Shown here: positions 63,080-64,000 of the stretch, piece by piece | Position numbering within the stretch: position 1 is the stretch's first letter | Layout: each line of letters starts with the position of its first letter | NCBI RefSeq assembly: GCF_032444005.1 | Contig: NC_091282.1 | Coordinates: 752,494,001 to 752,558,000, forward strand | DNA length: 64,000 bases | Direction of reading: 5' to 3' | DNA from: Ranitomeya imitator | Taxonomy: Eukaryota | Position numbers and translations under genes: made by a program | Notes under the pieces: model-generated | What the model was told of the DNA's origin: nothing | The model's input: only the letters and a program-made list of their open reading frames with translations | Databases searched by the model: none

Positions 63080-64000
63080 AAGTTATTTATTTTTCTTCTA
63101 TTTCAGAAAAATCTGATTGTGATGGGAAACTAGCACTCCTAAATTGCATTCACCCCCCTCTCTGTGGCCAGAACAGTGCCTGTCTAGACAGGGCTGCCCC
63201 GGAATTGATGGCGAGGGGGGCATGGCAGGATTTAGACCGCTGCTTTTATCCTGAGGGTTGAGAAAAATCTGATTACTAATGCTAAAAGACATAGGAAATG
63301 ACATGGCGTTACTATTGACAACCTGCTTTACACCTTTTCTGCTGTCAGCACTGTGCCTATCCATTTATTAAGAGAATGGTTGCTATGGATGCACTCCCTA
63401 GCAACCGGTCCATGTATTTTCAGTGTCATTTCCATAGCAATCAGTCGTTTGTAGAATATTCCGTTATGGCAGAATTACCCCTGAATTTGTCAAGGAAGGG
63501 GTGAGAAGGGCTGGCAGGATTTTGCTAGGTACAAATCTGATTATTAATGCCGGCAGAGATGGGAAATAACTTATTTTGCCTTCTCTATGGTTAACATTGT
63601 GACAATCCTTTTTAAAGACGGGTTGCTAGGTAAAGTGCCCATAGCAACCAGTATGTGGTAGGCTACTCAGGTCTAGCTCCTGTTCGGTGTCCTCTTCCTA
63701 GTAACCAGTCGGTTGTAGGTTACTTAGGCCTACAGTTTAGGGCAGAATTATCCTCTTAATTTTGGGCAAAGGTTGAGTAAGCCTTTTTGTTGAGAAAAAT
63801 CTGATTGTTAGTACAGGATGAGATGGAAAATACCTGGAGTGATTGCAGTACCTCCCAACTTCCTTCTGCCTTCTCTGTCGTAAACTCGGCGCCAATCCGT
63901 TCATTAGAGACAGAATGGTTGCTAGGAAGTGTGCCCATAGCAATGAGTGTAATTTCAGTGTCCTGTCCTTAGCAACCAGTCTGTTGTAGACTACTTAGGT
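63080..64000. repeat. Degenerate repeat with GGTTGCTAGG/CCATAGCAACC motifs in both orientations (unclassified)
   Basis: Recurrent AAAATCTGATT, GGTTGCTA(G/T)G and TAGCAACC blocks; runs off the window end. Confidence 0.5.

Noticed and set aside
55141-64000. Search for FANCM exon 5
   Set aside because: I found no segment translating to the expected ILESF...LTKYQIILARDQF-like peptide, so it is assumed to lie beyond the window and is not annotated.

Overview
This is a vertebrate genomic window, most likely anuran amphibian (inferred from the repeat families; species not determinable). It holds four spliced host-type genes in two head-to-head pairs. The first pair is a 607-aa THAP + catalytically substituted DDE_Tnp_4 (ISL2EU/PIF-Harbinger-type) transposase-derived gene (-) and FAU (FUBI-eS30, +). 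The second pair is FKBP3 (-) and the first four exons of FANCM (+). The rest is a dense, nested TE landscape: a full-length chromodomain Ty3/Gypsy element with a self-priming PBS, a related solo LTR, three Tc1 copies, a 5'-truncated Penelope element with an inverted arm, two ~5-kb TTAA-flanked piggyBac-like non-autonomous elements, a Chapaev3-like relic, MITEs and several minisatellites. The most striking item is a 384-nt-monomer retrozyme at 22.7-23.9 kb. It carries a canonical minimal type I hammerhead ribozyme and an snRNA-type promoter (octamer, SPH, PSE), resembling newt satellite 2. It is inserted as two divergent arms with a ~13-bp TSD, one arm starting exactly at the ribozyme cleavage site. 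All coordinates were read by eye and may be off by a few bases.
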